Below, piece after piece: positions 1 through 8,790 of a stretch of DNA of 64,000 nt. Under the pieces are notes generated by a model, which was not told where the DNA came from, searched no databases, and saw nothing but the letters and a program-made list of their open reading frames with translations. The position numbers and the translations under genes are program-made. Position 1 is the stretch's first letter; every line of letters starts with the position of its first letter. The DNA lies in assembly GCA_964514305.1 (NCBI GenBank), contig CAZEQD010000004.1, forward strand, positions 20-64,019. Reading direction: 5' to 3'. This DNA comes from an uncultured Eubacteriales bacterium. GTDB taxonomy: Bacteria; Acidobacteriota; Aminicenantia; Aminicenantales; Aminicenantaceae.

Positions 1-4
1 CAAT

Positions 5-1369
5 ATGGCCATCAAAATTGCCAAAATTTATGAACCCAATAACCTTATCTATATCAACCAGATAGAGGGACTTTTTGGGGCTATTCAAAAAGTTCTGGAG
101 GTGGAGCACGAAGCTTCTTTTACCCTCCGCCAAAGTGCTCTCTTTTTCAACGCTCGAAAAATTATATTCTCCTTTTCGAATTATAATCTCTTCAGATTAA
201 TAAGCAGTGAATTTAAGAAAAAGGATATAAGCATTCTTAATTTCAAACCTGGTCTAAGTCAAGAAGAAGTAAGACAATTTGTAGCTCTTTTTGTTCAAAA
301 AACAGAAAAAAAAGATGATCATTTCCCGGAGTTCCTAAATCGAATTAGAGAAAGTGAAATCAAACATATAACTATTGAAAAAATACCTCCTAATGAATTA
401 GCTATCAGCAATGAAAAATACGCAGCTAAAGTGTTTTTCCTGGGCATCACCCATCTTAAAGAAATGTTTGAGGCCTTAAGCAAAGAAGAAAAAACTCCTC
501 TCAATGTTACCAGGAGATTAATGCAGTCGATGTTTAATCATATTGTAGCCAATGAATCTTTCATCTATGGCTTAACTACTATTAAAAACTTTGATGAATA
601 TACACTCAACCATTCAGTTAACGTCTGTTTACTGTCTATTTCTCTGGGACGGCGGCTGGGACTTGACAAAAATGAACTGGTAGATTTAGGAATAAGCGCT
701 TTTTTTCATGATTTTGGAAAAACTGAAATCCCTAAAGAAATTCTGGATAAGCCGAGCCGATTAGATAAAAAAGAAAGAGAAATAATAGAAAAACATCCTC
801 ATCTTGGAGCTGAAAAACTGGTGCAGCTTAAAGAACAGAGCTATTTACCTATAAGAGCTATCAATGTAGCCATGGAGCATCATCTCAAAGAAGACCTTTC
901 TGGATACCCCCGTTATCACAAGAAAAAAAATATTAACCTTTTTAGCAAAATTGTAAAAATCTGTGATTTCTTCGATGCTTTAACCACAGAAAGACCTTAC
1001 AGAAAGAAAGTTTTTACACGGACTGAAGTCCTTAAAATGATGATAGAGAAAAGCGGCCTTGAATTTGATCCAATCCTCCTCAAAGTATTCGTCAACATGA
1101 TGGGAGCTTATCCAGTTGGCAGCTTGATTCTTCTAAATACAGGAGAAATCGGGCTTGTTTTTGAAGTTAATATGGACCAAGCTAATCTTAACCGACCAAA
1201 GGTTAAAATAATTGCTGACAAAAACGGACATAAAATTGATGGCCAGGTTGTAGATCTCACTGAAGTAGACAGTCAAATCAATCAATATAAAAGAACAATA
1301 ATAAAAGTGCTGGATCCAAAAAAATACAATATAAGAGTGGCTGATTATTTCTTAGTTCAAGCCCAATAA
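5..1369 (+). CDS. HD-GYP domain cyclic-di-GMP phosphodiesterase (start may lie beyond the window edge)
   Basis: HD motif 'FFHDFGKTEIP' and 'HHLKEDLSGYP' (GYP). The ORF begins 4 nt from the window start. Confidence 0.75.
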   Translation: MAIKIAKIYEPNNLIYINQIEGLFGAIQKVLEVEHEASFTLRQSALFFNARKIIFSFSNYNLFRLISSEFKKKDISILNFKPGLSQEEVRQFVALFVQKTEKKDDHFPEFLNRIRESEIKHITIEKIPPNELAISNEKYAAKVFFLGITHLKEMFEALSKEEKTPLNVTRRLMQSMFNHIVANESFIYGLTTIKNFDEYTLNHSVNVCLLSISLGRRLGLDKNELVDLGISAFFHDFGKTEIPKEILDKPSRLDKKEREIIEKHPHLGAEKLVQLKEQSYLPIRAINVAMEHHLKEDLSGYPRYHKKKNINLFSKIVKICDFFDALTTERPYRKKVFTRTEVLKMMIEKSGLEFDPILLKVFVNMMGAYPVGSLILLNTGEIGLVFEVNMDQANLNRPKVKIIADKNGHKIDGQVVDLTEVDSQINQYKRTIIKVLDPKKYNIRVADYFLVQAQ

Positions 1370-1591
1370 ATGTTCTGCCACCTTTGATAACATTTTATTA
1401 TATTTTATTCATCTTTCCCTTTCATCAAATTAAAATAGAAATAAGAGTAAATATATGGAAATACTAAATAAAGAAGTTAAATAAGCCACCAAGAAAAAAT
1501 TTGAAGAGAAAATAGAAAATAGAGTAACTTTAGTCTTCTTCACTCAAGAACCAAAGCGCCTTATCCTGTCTTAAAGGCTTAAAGGCCAGGA

Positions 1592-1780
1592 ATGCCTTTT
1601 CTGCAAGGAAACATAGCTTTTATTTCTCAGTCTGGAGTTCTTTGCGTGTCTGTTCTTGATTATGCCCAAGAATCCAATATTGGCTCTTCTAAGTTTATCA
1701 GTATGGGCAATAAGGCCGGAATCAACGAAAATGATCTTCTTCTAAAAGATGATTCCCAAACAGACGTCATTCTAATGTAA
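1592..1780 (+). pseudogene. Remnant of an NDP-forming acyl-CoA synthetase (ADP-forming acetyl-CoA synthetase-like) alpha segment
   Basis: The 62-aa ORF 'IAFISQSGVL..SKFISMGNKAGINENDLL' matches the conserved ISQSGALG...GFSKFISVGN block of ADP-forming acetate-CoA ligases. There is an in-frame stop immediately upstream and no plausible full-length gene. Confidence 0.45.
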
Positions 1781-1840
1781 ACAACATAAAAGGGGTCACA
1801 TAAACATGGATATAAAAATGCTTTCCTTTTTCGAAGCAAA

Positions 1841-1868
1841 TTGACAATTGGCATATTGCTGTTATAAT
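1841..1868 (+). promoter_or_regulatory. Sigma70-like promoter (TTGACA-16 nt-TATAAT) upstream of the first phosphodiesterase paralog
   Basis: Exact consensus hexamers with a 16-nt spacer, about 12 nt upstream of the ATG at 1880. Confidence 0.5.
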
Positions 1869-1879
1869 AGAGTGTTTTT

Positions 1880-3175
1880 ATGGCTTTATTTAAGAAAGAA
1901 AAGAAGAAAAAAGTCTGCGTTATAGGCTTGGACGGTGTCCCTCATTCCCTCCTCCTTGATTTAAGCCGAAAAGGCATTATGCCTTTTGTTTCCACCCTTT
2001 TAGAGAAAGGGCATCTCCACAAGATGAAGGCCAGCCTTCCGGAAATTTCAGCCGTCAGTTGGACCAATTTCATGACCGGTAGCAATCCTGCTACTCATGG
2101 AATTTTCGGTTTTACTGATTTAAAAAAAGGCAGCTATGAACTTCGTTTCCCCAATTTTCTTGACCTCAAGAAAACCACTTTTTGGGATGAACTTGGTCAA
2201 AAAAAGAAAAAATGCATTATCATCAACCAACCTTCAACCTATCCAGCCCGAAAAATAAACGGAAAATTGATCTCTGGCTTTGTAGCCATAGAATTGGCTA
2301 AAGCAGTTTACCCTCTTTCTCTCAAATTTCATTTAGAAAAAATGGGGTATCAAATTGATGTCGACACCTTTAAAGCCAGAAATGACCACAACCTCCTCTG
2401 GTCAGAGCTAACAGCTACCCTCCAAAGCAGGCTCCAAGCTTTTTCTTGGTTATGGCCCGAAGATTGGGATTATTTTGAACTAGTAATCACCGGCACAGAT
2501 AGACTCCAACATTTCTTGTGGAACGCTTATGAAGATTCAAATCATCCTTTTCATCAAAAATTTTTAGACTACTATCACCGGATAGATCAAGTCATAAAAA
2601 AAGTTGTTACTTCCTTCAGAAAATTTTCTCCAGAGGATAAAGGCCTCTACCTTCTCTCAGATCACGGCTTTACGGCTATTAACCAGGAGGTCTATCTCAA
2701 TGCCTGGCTTGAAAAAGAAGGTTATTTGAAATTCAAAACCGATTCTCCTCAAAATCTCAATGAGATCCATCAGGAAAGTCAAGCTTTTGTTCTTGACCCT
2801 AACCGTCTTTATCTAAATCTAAAACACAAGTTTCCTCTGGGCAGAGTTGAGGAAGCTGAAAAGGAAGCTTTAAAAAGTGAAATCAGAGATAAATTGGAAA
2901 AATTGGAATATAAAGGCCAAAAAGTGATAAGAAAAGTATTGGATACCCAAGATATCTACTCTGGCCCTTATTTAGCTCATGGTCCAGACCTTATTATTCT
3001 TTCTAAATATGGTTTTGACATCAAAGGCTCAATCAAGAAAAAAGATATCTTTAGCCGTTCCAATCTCCAGGGTATGCACACCTGGGACGACGCTTTCTTC
3101 TGGGCCGATAAAAAGATGGCTGAAGATATATCTATTTCAGATTTAGCCTCAATAATTATGGATAATTTTAGCTAA
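1880..3175 (+). CDS. AlkP-superfamily type I phosphodiesterase/nucleotide pyrophosphatase-like protein (no signal peptide)
   Basis: 'VCVIGLDG', 'SAVSWTNFMTGSNPATHGIFGF' (NPP-like nucleophile/metal block), 'LSDHGF'. Paralogous to the next two genes. Confidence 0.65.
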   Translation: MALFKKEKKKKVCVIGLDGVPHSLLLDLSRKGIMPFVSTLLEKGHLHKMKASLPEISAVSWTNFMTGSNPATHGIFGFTDLKKGSYELRFPNFLDLKKTTFWDELGQKKKKCIIINQPSTYPARKINGKLISGFVAIELAKAVYPLSLKFHLEKMGYQIDVDTFKARNDHNLLWSELTATLQSRLQAFSWLWPEDWDYFELVITGTDRLQHFLWNAYEDSNHPFHQKFLDYYHRIDQVIKKVVTSFRKFSPEDKGLYLLSDHGFTAINQEVYLNAWLEKEGYLKFKTDSPQNLNEIHQESQAFVLDPNRLYLNLKHKFPLGRVEEAEKEALKSEIRDKLEKLEYKGQKVIRKVLDTQDIYSGPYLAHGPDLIILSKYGFDIKGSIKKKDIFSRSNLQGMHTWDDAFFWADKKMAEDISISDLASIIMDNFS

Positions 3176-3203
3176 GAGGACTATAATAATTATAAATTAA
3201 AAA

Positions 3204-5309
3204 ATGAAGAAATATGTAAAATTAAAGATATTCTTTTTCCTAATTCTTCTTTCGCCAATAGGTCTTTACGCTTATATTGGGCCTGGGGCAGGTTTTGCTT
3301 TTCTTTCTTCTTTCCTTGTTCTCTTTCTTACTTTTTTTCTAGCAGTATTTTCAATTCTTTCTTGGCCATTCCGGCTTCTCTTGAGGCTAATAAAAGGACA
3401 GAGAGCTTTTAAAAAAAGCCTCATTAACAAATTAGTCATTGTCGGCTTAGATGGCTTGGAGCCAAAACTTGCAGAAAAATTTATGTCAGAAGGAAAATTG
3501 CCCCATTTTTCCCAGCTCAAAAAAAATGGCTCATATGCCCGCCTGAAAACAACAACTCCAGCCATTTCGCCTGTAGCCTGGTCCTCTTTTATGACGGGCT
3601 GCCATCCGGCCAAACATAATATTTTTGATTTCCTCAGCCGAGATCCTAAAACTTATCTTCCTGATCTTTCCTCTGCTAGAATCGTAAGCCCTAAAAGATT
3701 TTTATCCTTAGGAAAATATAATATTCCTCTTTCTAAGCCAGAAATAAAGGGGTTGCGAAAAAGCATACCTTTTTGGAAAATATTAGGAGACAACGGAATT
3801 TTCAGCACAATCTTAAGGGTACCTATTACTTTTCCTCCAGAAAAATTCTCTGGGCATCTCCTCTCGGGAATGTGCGCTCCTGATTTAAAAGGAAGCCAGG
3901 GCACTTTTTTCTATTATACATCTAACCAAGAAAAAATAAGAGAACGAGAAGGAGGTATTAACATTCCAGTGACCGTGAACAGCCATAAAATAGAAACTTA
4001 TATTTCCGGTCCCGAAAATACTCTTCTCAAAAAAAAGGAAGAAATCCACCTGCCCCTAACCATTACTCTCGATTATGACCAAGAAGAAGCTTTAATTGAG
4101 GTCTCAGAGCAAAAATTCAAGCTGAAAATGAAAGAATTCTCCCCCTGGATTAAATTAACTTTTCGCCCCGGATTAGGAATGAAAATCAGGGCCATCTGCC
4201 GTTTTTTTATCTCTCAGATAAAACCTCATTTCGAGATGTATATCACTCCTCTTAATATTGATCCAGAAAAACCAGCTTTACCCATTTCTCATCCCTTCAT
4301 TTATTCCGTTTATCTAGCTAAACTTTTAGGAAGTTTTATAACCTTAGGCGAAGCCAATGATACTTGGGCTCTAAATGAAGGGGTACTCAGTGAACAGGCT
4401 TTTTTAGAGTTTACTTACTCGAATCATAAAGAATGGGAAGAAATGTTTTTTAATGCTCTCAACAAAACCAAAAAAGGGGTAGTGGCCTGTGTCTTTGAAA
4501 CAACTGACAGTATACAGCATATGTTCTTCCGGTATTTAGACAAAAAACATCCCGCTCTTCAGAGCAGCCAAGCTACATTAAGTGAGAAGGTAATTGAAGA
4601 ATTATATCTGCGAATGGATGAATTTATCGGCAGAGTTCAAGAAAAAATTGATAATAAAAGTATCTTAATTATAATGTCTGATCACGGCTTTAAATCATTC
4701 CGGCGGGGAGTTAACCTTAATTCATGGCTCTATCTTAACGGCTATCTCAGCTTAAAAGATAATAAAACAGAAAGTGGCGAATGGTTTAGAGATGTAGATT
4801 GGTCAAAGACAAAAGCTTACGGCCTCGGTTTAGCGGGAATATACATAAATCAAAAAGGGAGAGAAGCCCAGGGGATAGTTGAGCCCGGTCTTCAAACCAA
4901 AGATTTGAAAAGAGAGCTTATCCATAAATTAAATAATCTCAAAGATGAAGAGCAAGACTCTATAGCTATAACTCACGTTTATGACAAAGATAACCTTCCT
5001 TCTGGCCCCTATAAAGATAATTGTCCAGATCTTATTGTTGGCTATAATGAAGGCTATAGGGTATCCTGGGATTCAGTAACTGGAAAAGTAAATTCGGTTA
5101 TTTTTGAAGACAACGCTAAAGCCTGGAGCGGCGACCACTGTATCGACCCTGAGCTTGTACCCGGAGTCTTTTTCTGTAATCAGAAGATAAAAACCAACTC
5201 CCCTGCTATCATTGATATTGCCCCGACTGTACTTGAGCTATTCGGTCTCCAACCTCCTTCCCATATGGACGGTCATTCTTTAATCGAAACTAAAAATTTA
5301 TTTAAATAA
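3204..5309 (+). CDS. AlkP-superfamily type I phosphodiesterase/nucleotide pyrophosphatase-like protein, N-terminal membrane anchor
   Basis: Two N-terminal TM helices, then 'VIVGLDGLEP', 'SPVAWSSFMTGCHPAKHNIFDF', 'MSDHGF', 'SGDHC'. A large insertion relative to paralog 1. Confidence 0.65.
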   Translation: MKKYVKLKIFFFLILLSPIGLYAYIGPGAGFAFLSSFLVLFLTFFLAVFSILSWPFRLLLRLIKGQRAFKKSLINKLVIVGLDGLEPKLAEKFMSEGKLPHFSQLKKNGSYARLKTTTPAISPVAWSSFMTGCHPAKHNIFDFLSRDPKTYLPDLSSARIVSPKRFLSLGKYNIPLSKPEIKGLRKSIPFWKILGDNGIFSTILRVPITFPPEKFSGHLLSGMCAPDLKGSQGTFFYYTSNQEKIREREGGINIPVTVNSHKIETYISGPENTLLKKKEEIHLPLTITLDYDQEEALIEVSEQKFKLKMKEFSPWIKLTFRPGLGMKIRAICRFFISQIKPHFEMYITPLNIDPEKPALPISHPFIYSVYLAKLLGSFITLGEANDTWALNEGVLSEQAFLEFTYSNHKEWEEMFFNALNKTKKGVVACVFETTDSIQHMFFRYLDKKHPALQSSQATLSEKVIEELYLRMDEFIGRVQEKIDNKSILIIMSDHGFKSFRRGVNLNSWLYLNGYLSLKDNKTESGEWFRDVDWSKTKAYGLGLAGIYINQKGREAQGIVEPGLQTKDLKRELIHKLNNLKDEEQDSIAITHVYDKDNLPSGPYKDNCPDLIVGYNEGYRVSWDSVTGKVNSVIFEDNAKAWSGDHCIDPELVPGVFFCNQKIKTNSPAIIDIAPTVLELFGLQPPSHMDGHSLIETKNLFK

Positions 5310-5341
5310 AGAATAGCTCACAAAGAAAACGGAGAATTGAA

Positions 5342-7324
5342 ATGACTATAAATCGGAGAGAATTTATTAAATTAGGACTAACAGCGGGCTCTTTGGTAGC
5401 TCTCGGTCAAAGTTCAAGCCTTTTAACTAAAAACCTAGGCAAAAAAGCTACTCAAAAAAAAGTAATTATTCTTGGTCTTGATGGAATGGACCCTCATCTT
5501 CTCACTGTTTGGATGAAACAAGGAAAGCTTCCCCATTTCCAGCAGCTCTGGAGTCAGGGAGATTTTCGGCCATTAAGAACAAGCATCCCCCCTCATAGTC
5601 CTGTAGCCTGGGCTAACTTTATTACAGGCACCAATCCAGGAGGACATGCTATTTTTGATTTCATTCATAGAGACCCTAATAATTATATCCCTATATTTTC
5701 TACTTCAAAAACAGAAGAAGCTAAAAAAACAATTTCCATAGGTGATTTTGTCCTTCCTCTTTCTGGAGGAAAGGTTAAGCTGCTCCGCCAGGGTAAAGCT
5801 TTCTGGCAAATCTTAGAAGATTATGATATTCCTGCCACCGTTTTTAAGATTCCATCCAACTATCCACCGGCGCCTACCGAACAAAGAACTCTCTCTGGCA
5901 TAGGAACTCCTGATATCCTTGGAACTTATGGAATTTTCAATTACTACACCACTGAATCCAAAGAATTAAATCAAGACATTGGCGGAGGCCGTATCCATGA
6001 AGTTTATGTTATAGGCAACAGAGTTGAAGCCAAGCTGCCAGGACCTGTTAATACCTTTAAAAAAGAAAGGCCAGAATCATATATTGATTTTAAAGTCTTT
6101 ATTGATCCTCAATATCCTGTTGCCAAGATTTCTATTCAAGATAACGAATTCATCCTCAATGAAGGAGAATGGAGCGGCTGGAAAAGAGTTCATTTCACCA
6201 TGATTCCGACTCAAAGCGTGAGCGGCATTTGTATGTTTTACTTGAAAGAAGTTCGACCTGAATTCAAGCTCTACATTACTCCCATTAACATTGATCCTGG
6301 ACATCCAGCTCTTCCCATCTCAACTCCCAAAAGTTATGCTGAAGAGCTAGAAAAGGAATTTGGTCCCTTCTTCACTAAAGGCCTGCCAGCAGACACTTCT
6401 GCTCTCGACAATAATGTCTTAGATGACGGCGAATTTCTCCAGTTAGATGATTTTATCCTGCAAGAAAGACATAAAATATTTGATTACGAGCTGGAGAGGT
6501 TTGATTCGGGTCTTCTCTTTTATTACGTCTCCAGTACCGATCAGCGGCAGCACATGTTCTGGCGGCTGATTGATAAAAATCATCCATCGTATGATTCTCT
6601 CTTGGCCTCTAAATATGGCCAAACTATCGAGAATATCTATATCGATATGGATAACCTACTAGCTAAGGCCATGAAAAAGGTGGACAAGGATACTATATTG
6701 ATGGTTATGTCTGATCATGGATTTGCCCCTTTTCATCGAGGATTTCATTTGAATACCTGGCTTAAAGAATACGGCTACCTGAAACTCATTAACGAACGGA
6801 AACAGGGACAAGAGTCTTTCTTCCTCAACACTGACTGGTCAAGGACGAGGGCTTATGCTATTGGCCTTAATGGTCTTTATATTAATCAAAGAGGGAGAGA
6901 GGCAGAAGGAATAGTCTCCCCTGGAGCAGAAAAAGAAGTTTTGGTCAGAGAAATTGCTCATAAACTGGAAAAATTTAAGGATCCAAAGACAGGAGAAAAA
7001 GTAATTCTTCACGCTTATGTAGCCAAGGATGTTTACAGCGGACCTTATGTGGATGAAGCTCCGGATATAATCCCTGGCTATAATAGCGGTTACAGGGTCT
7101 CCTGGGCCTCCCCTCTTGGCCGAATACCCAAATCTATAATGGAAGATAATACCGAAAAATGGAGTGGGGATCACTGTATGGCTCCTGATGTCATTCCTGG
7201 CATCCTGCTTATGAATCGAAAAATAAAAGTTTCATTTCCAGCTCTTTATGATGTAACAGCTACTATTTTGAAAATTTTTAATATTAAAAAACCAAAAGAA
7301 ATGATCGGCCAAACAATTATATAG
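5342..7324 (+). CDS. AlkP-superfamily type I phosphodiesterase/nucleotide pyrophosphatase-like protein, Tat-exported
   Basis: Twin-arginine signal 'MTINRREFIKLGLTAGSLVALG'. 'ILGLDGMDP', 'SPVAWANFITGTNPGGHAIFDF', 'MSDHGF', 'SGDHC'. Confidence 0.7.
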   Translation: MTINRREFIKLGLTAGSLVALGQSSSLLTKNLGKKATQKKVIILGLDGMDPHLLTVWMKQGKLPHFQQLWSQGDFRPLRTSIPPHSPVAWANFITGTNPGGHAIFDFIHRDPNNYIPIFSTSKTEEAKKTISIGDFVLPLSGGKVKLLRQGKAFWQILEDYDIPATVFKIPSNYPPAPTEQRTLSGIGTPDILGTYGIFNYYTTESKELNQDIGGGRIHEVYVIGNRVEAKLPGPVNTFKKERPESYIDFKVFIDPQYPVAKISIQDNEFILNEGEWSGWKRVHFTMIPTQSVSGICMFYLKEVRPEFKLYITPINIDPGHPALPISTPKSYAEELEKEFGPFFTKGLPADTSALDNNVLDDGEFLQLDDFILQERHKIFDYELERFDSGLLFYYVSSTDQRQHMFWRLIDKNHPSYDSLLASKYGQTIENIYIDMDNLLAKAMKKVDKDTILMVMSDHGFAPFHRGFHLNTWLKEYGYLKLINERKQGQESFFLNTDWSRTRAYAIGLNGLYINQRGREAEGIVSPGAEKEVLVREIAHKLEKFKDPKTGEKVILHAYVAKDVYSGPYVDEAPDIIPGYNSGYRVSWASPLGRIPKSIMEDNTEKWSGDHCMAPDVIPGILLMNRKIKVSFPALYDVTATILKIFNIKKPKEMIGQTII

Positions 7325-7339
7325 ATTTGAGGTGAAGAA

Positions 7340-7531
7340 ATGGGAAAAGCAAAGATTAAACTTGACAAAAATTTAGTGGACAAAGTAAAAAAGATGGCGG
7401 CCATGGCCGGCTATTCTTCTCCAGAAGAGTTCATAACTCACTGTTTGGAAAAAGAAATAGCAAAGCTTGAAGAATCCGATTCTGAAGAGGAAATTAAGAA
7501 GAAATTAAAAGGCCTGGGCTATATATCATGA
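7340..7531 (+). CDS. Small ribbon-helix-helix-like (CopG/Arc/MetJ-type) DNA-binding protein, tentative
   Basis: 63 aa. 'KIKLDKNLVDKVKKMAAMAGYSSPEEFITHCLEKEI' fits a beta-strand / helix / G-x-S turn / helix RHH pattern. RBS 'gaggtgaag' upstream. Confidence 0.4.
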   Translation: MGKAKIKLDKNLVDKVKKMAAMAGYSSPEEFITHCLEKEIAKLEESDSEEEIKKKLKGLGYIS

Positions 7532-7537
7532 ATCGGA

Positions 7538-7823
7538 AGTCGTAAATCGTGAATAGTGAACATTTAGCTGTAGGGTCCGCTGTCCTCAGCGGACCGCCAG
7601 GAAAAGTAAAAGGTAAGGAGCGGGATGTAAGACGTGAATCGTAAGACGTAAATTGTGGAGGGTAAAGATTTATTGGTTTAAAGTTGAAAGTTTAAGGCGG
7701 GAAAGAAGTGAAGAATGAGGAGTAAGGAGTGAAGAGAATGTTATTTAACATCTCACGATTTACCACTCACTACTCACTACACACGATTTACGACTTACGA
7801 TTTACTATTCACGATTTACGATT
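7538..7823. repeat. Composite palindromic element B1: 23-bp terminal inverted repeats, inverted arrays of ~10-11-bp CGTAAATCGTG/ACGATTTAC-type motifs, internal 9-bp GC hairpin
   Basis: TIR-L 7538-7560 'agtcgtaaatcgtgaatagtgaa' pairs with the reverse complement of TIR-R 7801-7823 (21/23 match). ACGATTTAC recurs four times in the right arm and its complement in the left arm. Hairpin ggtccgctg/cagcggacc at 7574-7595. Confidence 0.6.
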
Positions 7824-7849
7824 CAACTCTAATAAGGTACAAAAGAAAA

Positions 7850-8677
7850 ATGTGGTTTTTTAATTATTCATGGGGCAAAATTTTTGAATTTATCTTTTTC
7901 CCCTTTCGCCATCTAAACCCTTGGTGGGGCATGATCTTCATCTCTTTACTTACTGGCCTTTTTATGCTGGCTGTCTTTAAATATACTTCTAATCAAAAAG
8001 GAATTAGTCAAGTTAAAAATAAAATAAAAGCTCATTTACTTGAAATACGTCTATTTAAGGATAATTTTGCTCTCTCTCTTAAAGCTCAAGGCAACATCCT
8101 TCGCTATAACCTTAAATATATCAGCTATTCTTTTAAACCCATGCTGGTTATGATCATTCCTTTGATTTTAATTTTAATCCAACTTAATCTCTGGTTTGGC
8201 TATCACTCCCTTGAACCAGGACAAAAAGCAATAGTCAAAGTGAAACTAAAAAAAGAATATAATCCTCTTGATTTAAAGTTAAAAATAGATCCATCACCAG
8301 GTTTTCGGGTTGACAGTCCTCCTTTAAGGATAGAAGAAGAAAAAGAAGTAAATTGGCGGATCCAAGCTAAAAAGAAAGGCATCTATTCTTTGGTCATAAA
8401 AGTTGACAATCAAAGCTATCAAAAAAATGTAGCCATTAGCCAAAATTCATTAACTAAAATTTCCCCAGCCAAAGTTAATAAAAATTTTTGGGCAGAGTTG
8501 CTTTACCCTGGGGAACAACCTCTTTCTTCGGATTCTCCCCTGGAATCGATAGAAATAACCTATTCTTCCAAAAAAATGAATCTTTTTGGCCTCCATCTCC
8601 ACTGGCTTATTGTCTATTTTGTTTTGTCAATAATTTTTGGCTTCGGACTTAAAGGTTTTCTTAAGGTACAAATCTAA
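7850..8677 (+). CDS. Hypothetical membrane protein
   Basis: Multiple hydrophobic helices; no recognisable motif. Confidence 0.45.
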   Translation: MWFFNYSWGKIFEFIFFPFRHLNPWWGMIFISLLTGLFMLAVFKYTSNQKGISQVKNKIKAHLLEIRLFKDNFALSLKAQGNILRYNLKYISYSFKPMLVMIIPLILILIQLNLWFGYHSLEPGQKAIVKVKLKKEYNPLDLKLKIDPSPGFRVDSPPLRIEEEKEVNWRIQAKKKGIYSLVIKVDNQSYQKNVAISQNSLTKISPAKVNKNFWAELLYPGEQPLSSDSPLESIEITYSSKKMNLFGLHLHWLIVYFVLSIIFGFGLKGFLKVQI

Positions 8678-8790
8678 TATATGATTTAAGATTCCAAGCC
8701 AAATTAACTAAAATAAATATATTACTTTCTTATTAAAGGCCTCTATTAAGGCTTAAATTACAAAATCCTCAATACGAAAGGAAAAAAACA

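Noticed and set aside
319-7174. Short antisense ORFs inside larger genes (319-504, 3272-3613, 3653-3904, 6077-6304, 6839-7174; similar ones exist inside most long genes across the window)
   Set aside because: They are fully nested in well-supported genes on the opposite strand, and have no motifs or RBS. This is typical six-frame noise in AT-rich DNA.
7531-7850. CRISPR array
   Set aside because: Repeat units are only ~10-11 bp, irregularly spaced, and arranged as inverted arrays with terminal inverted repeats. There are no spacer-like unique segments of uniform length.
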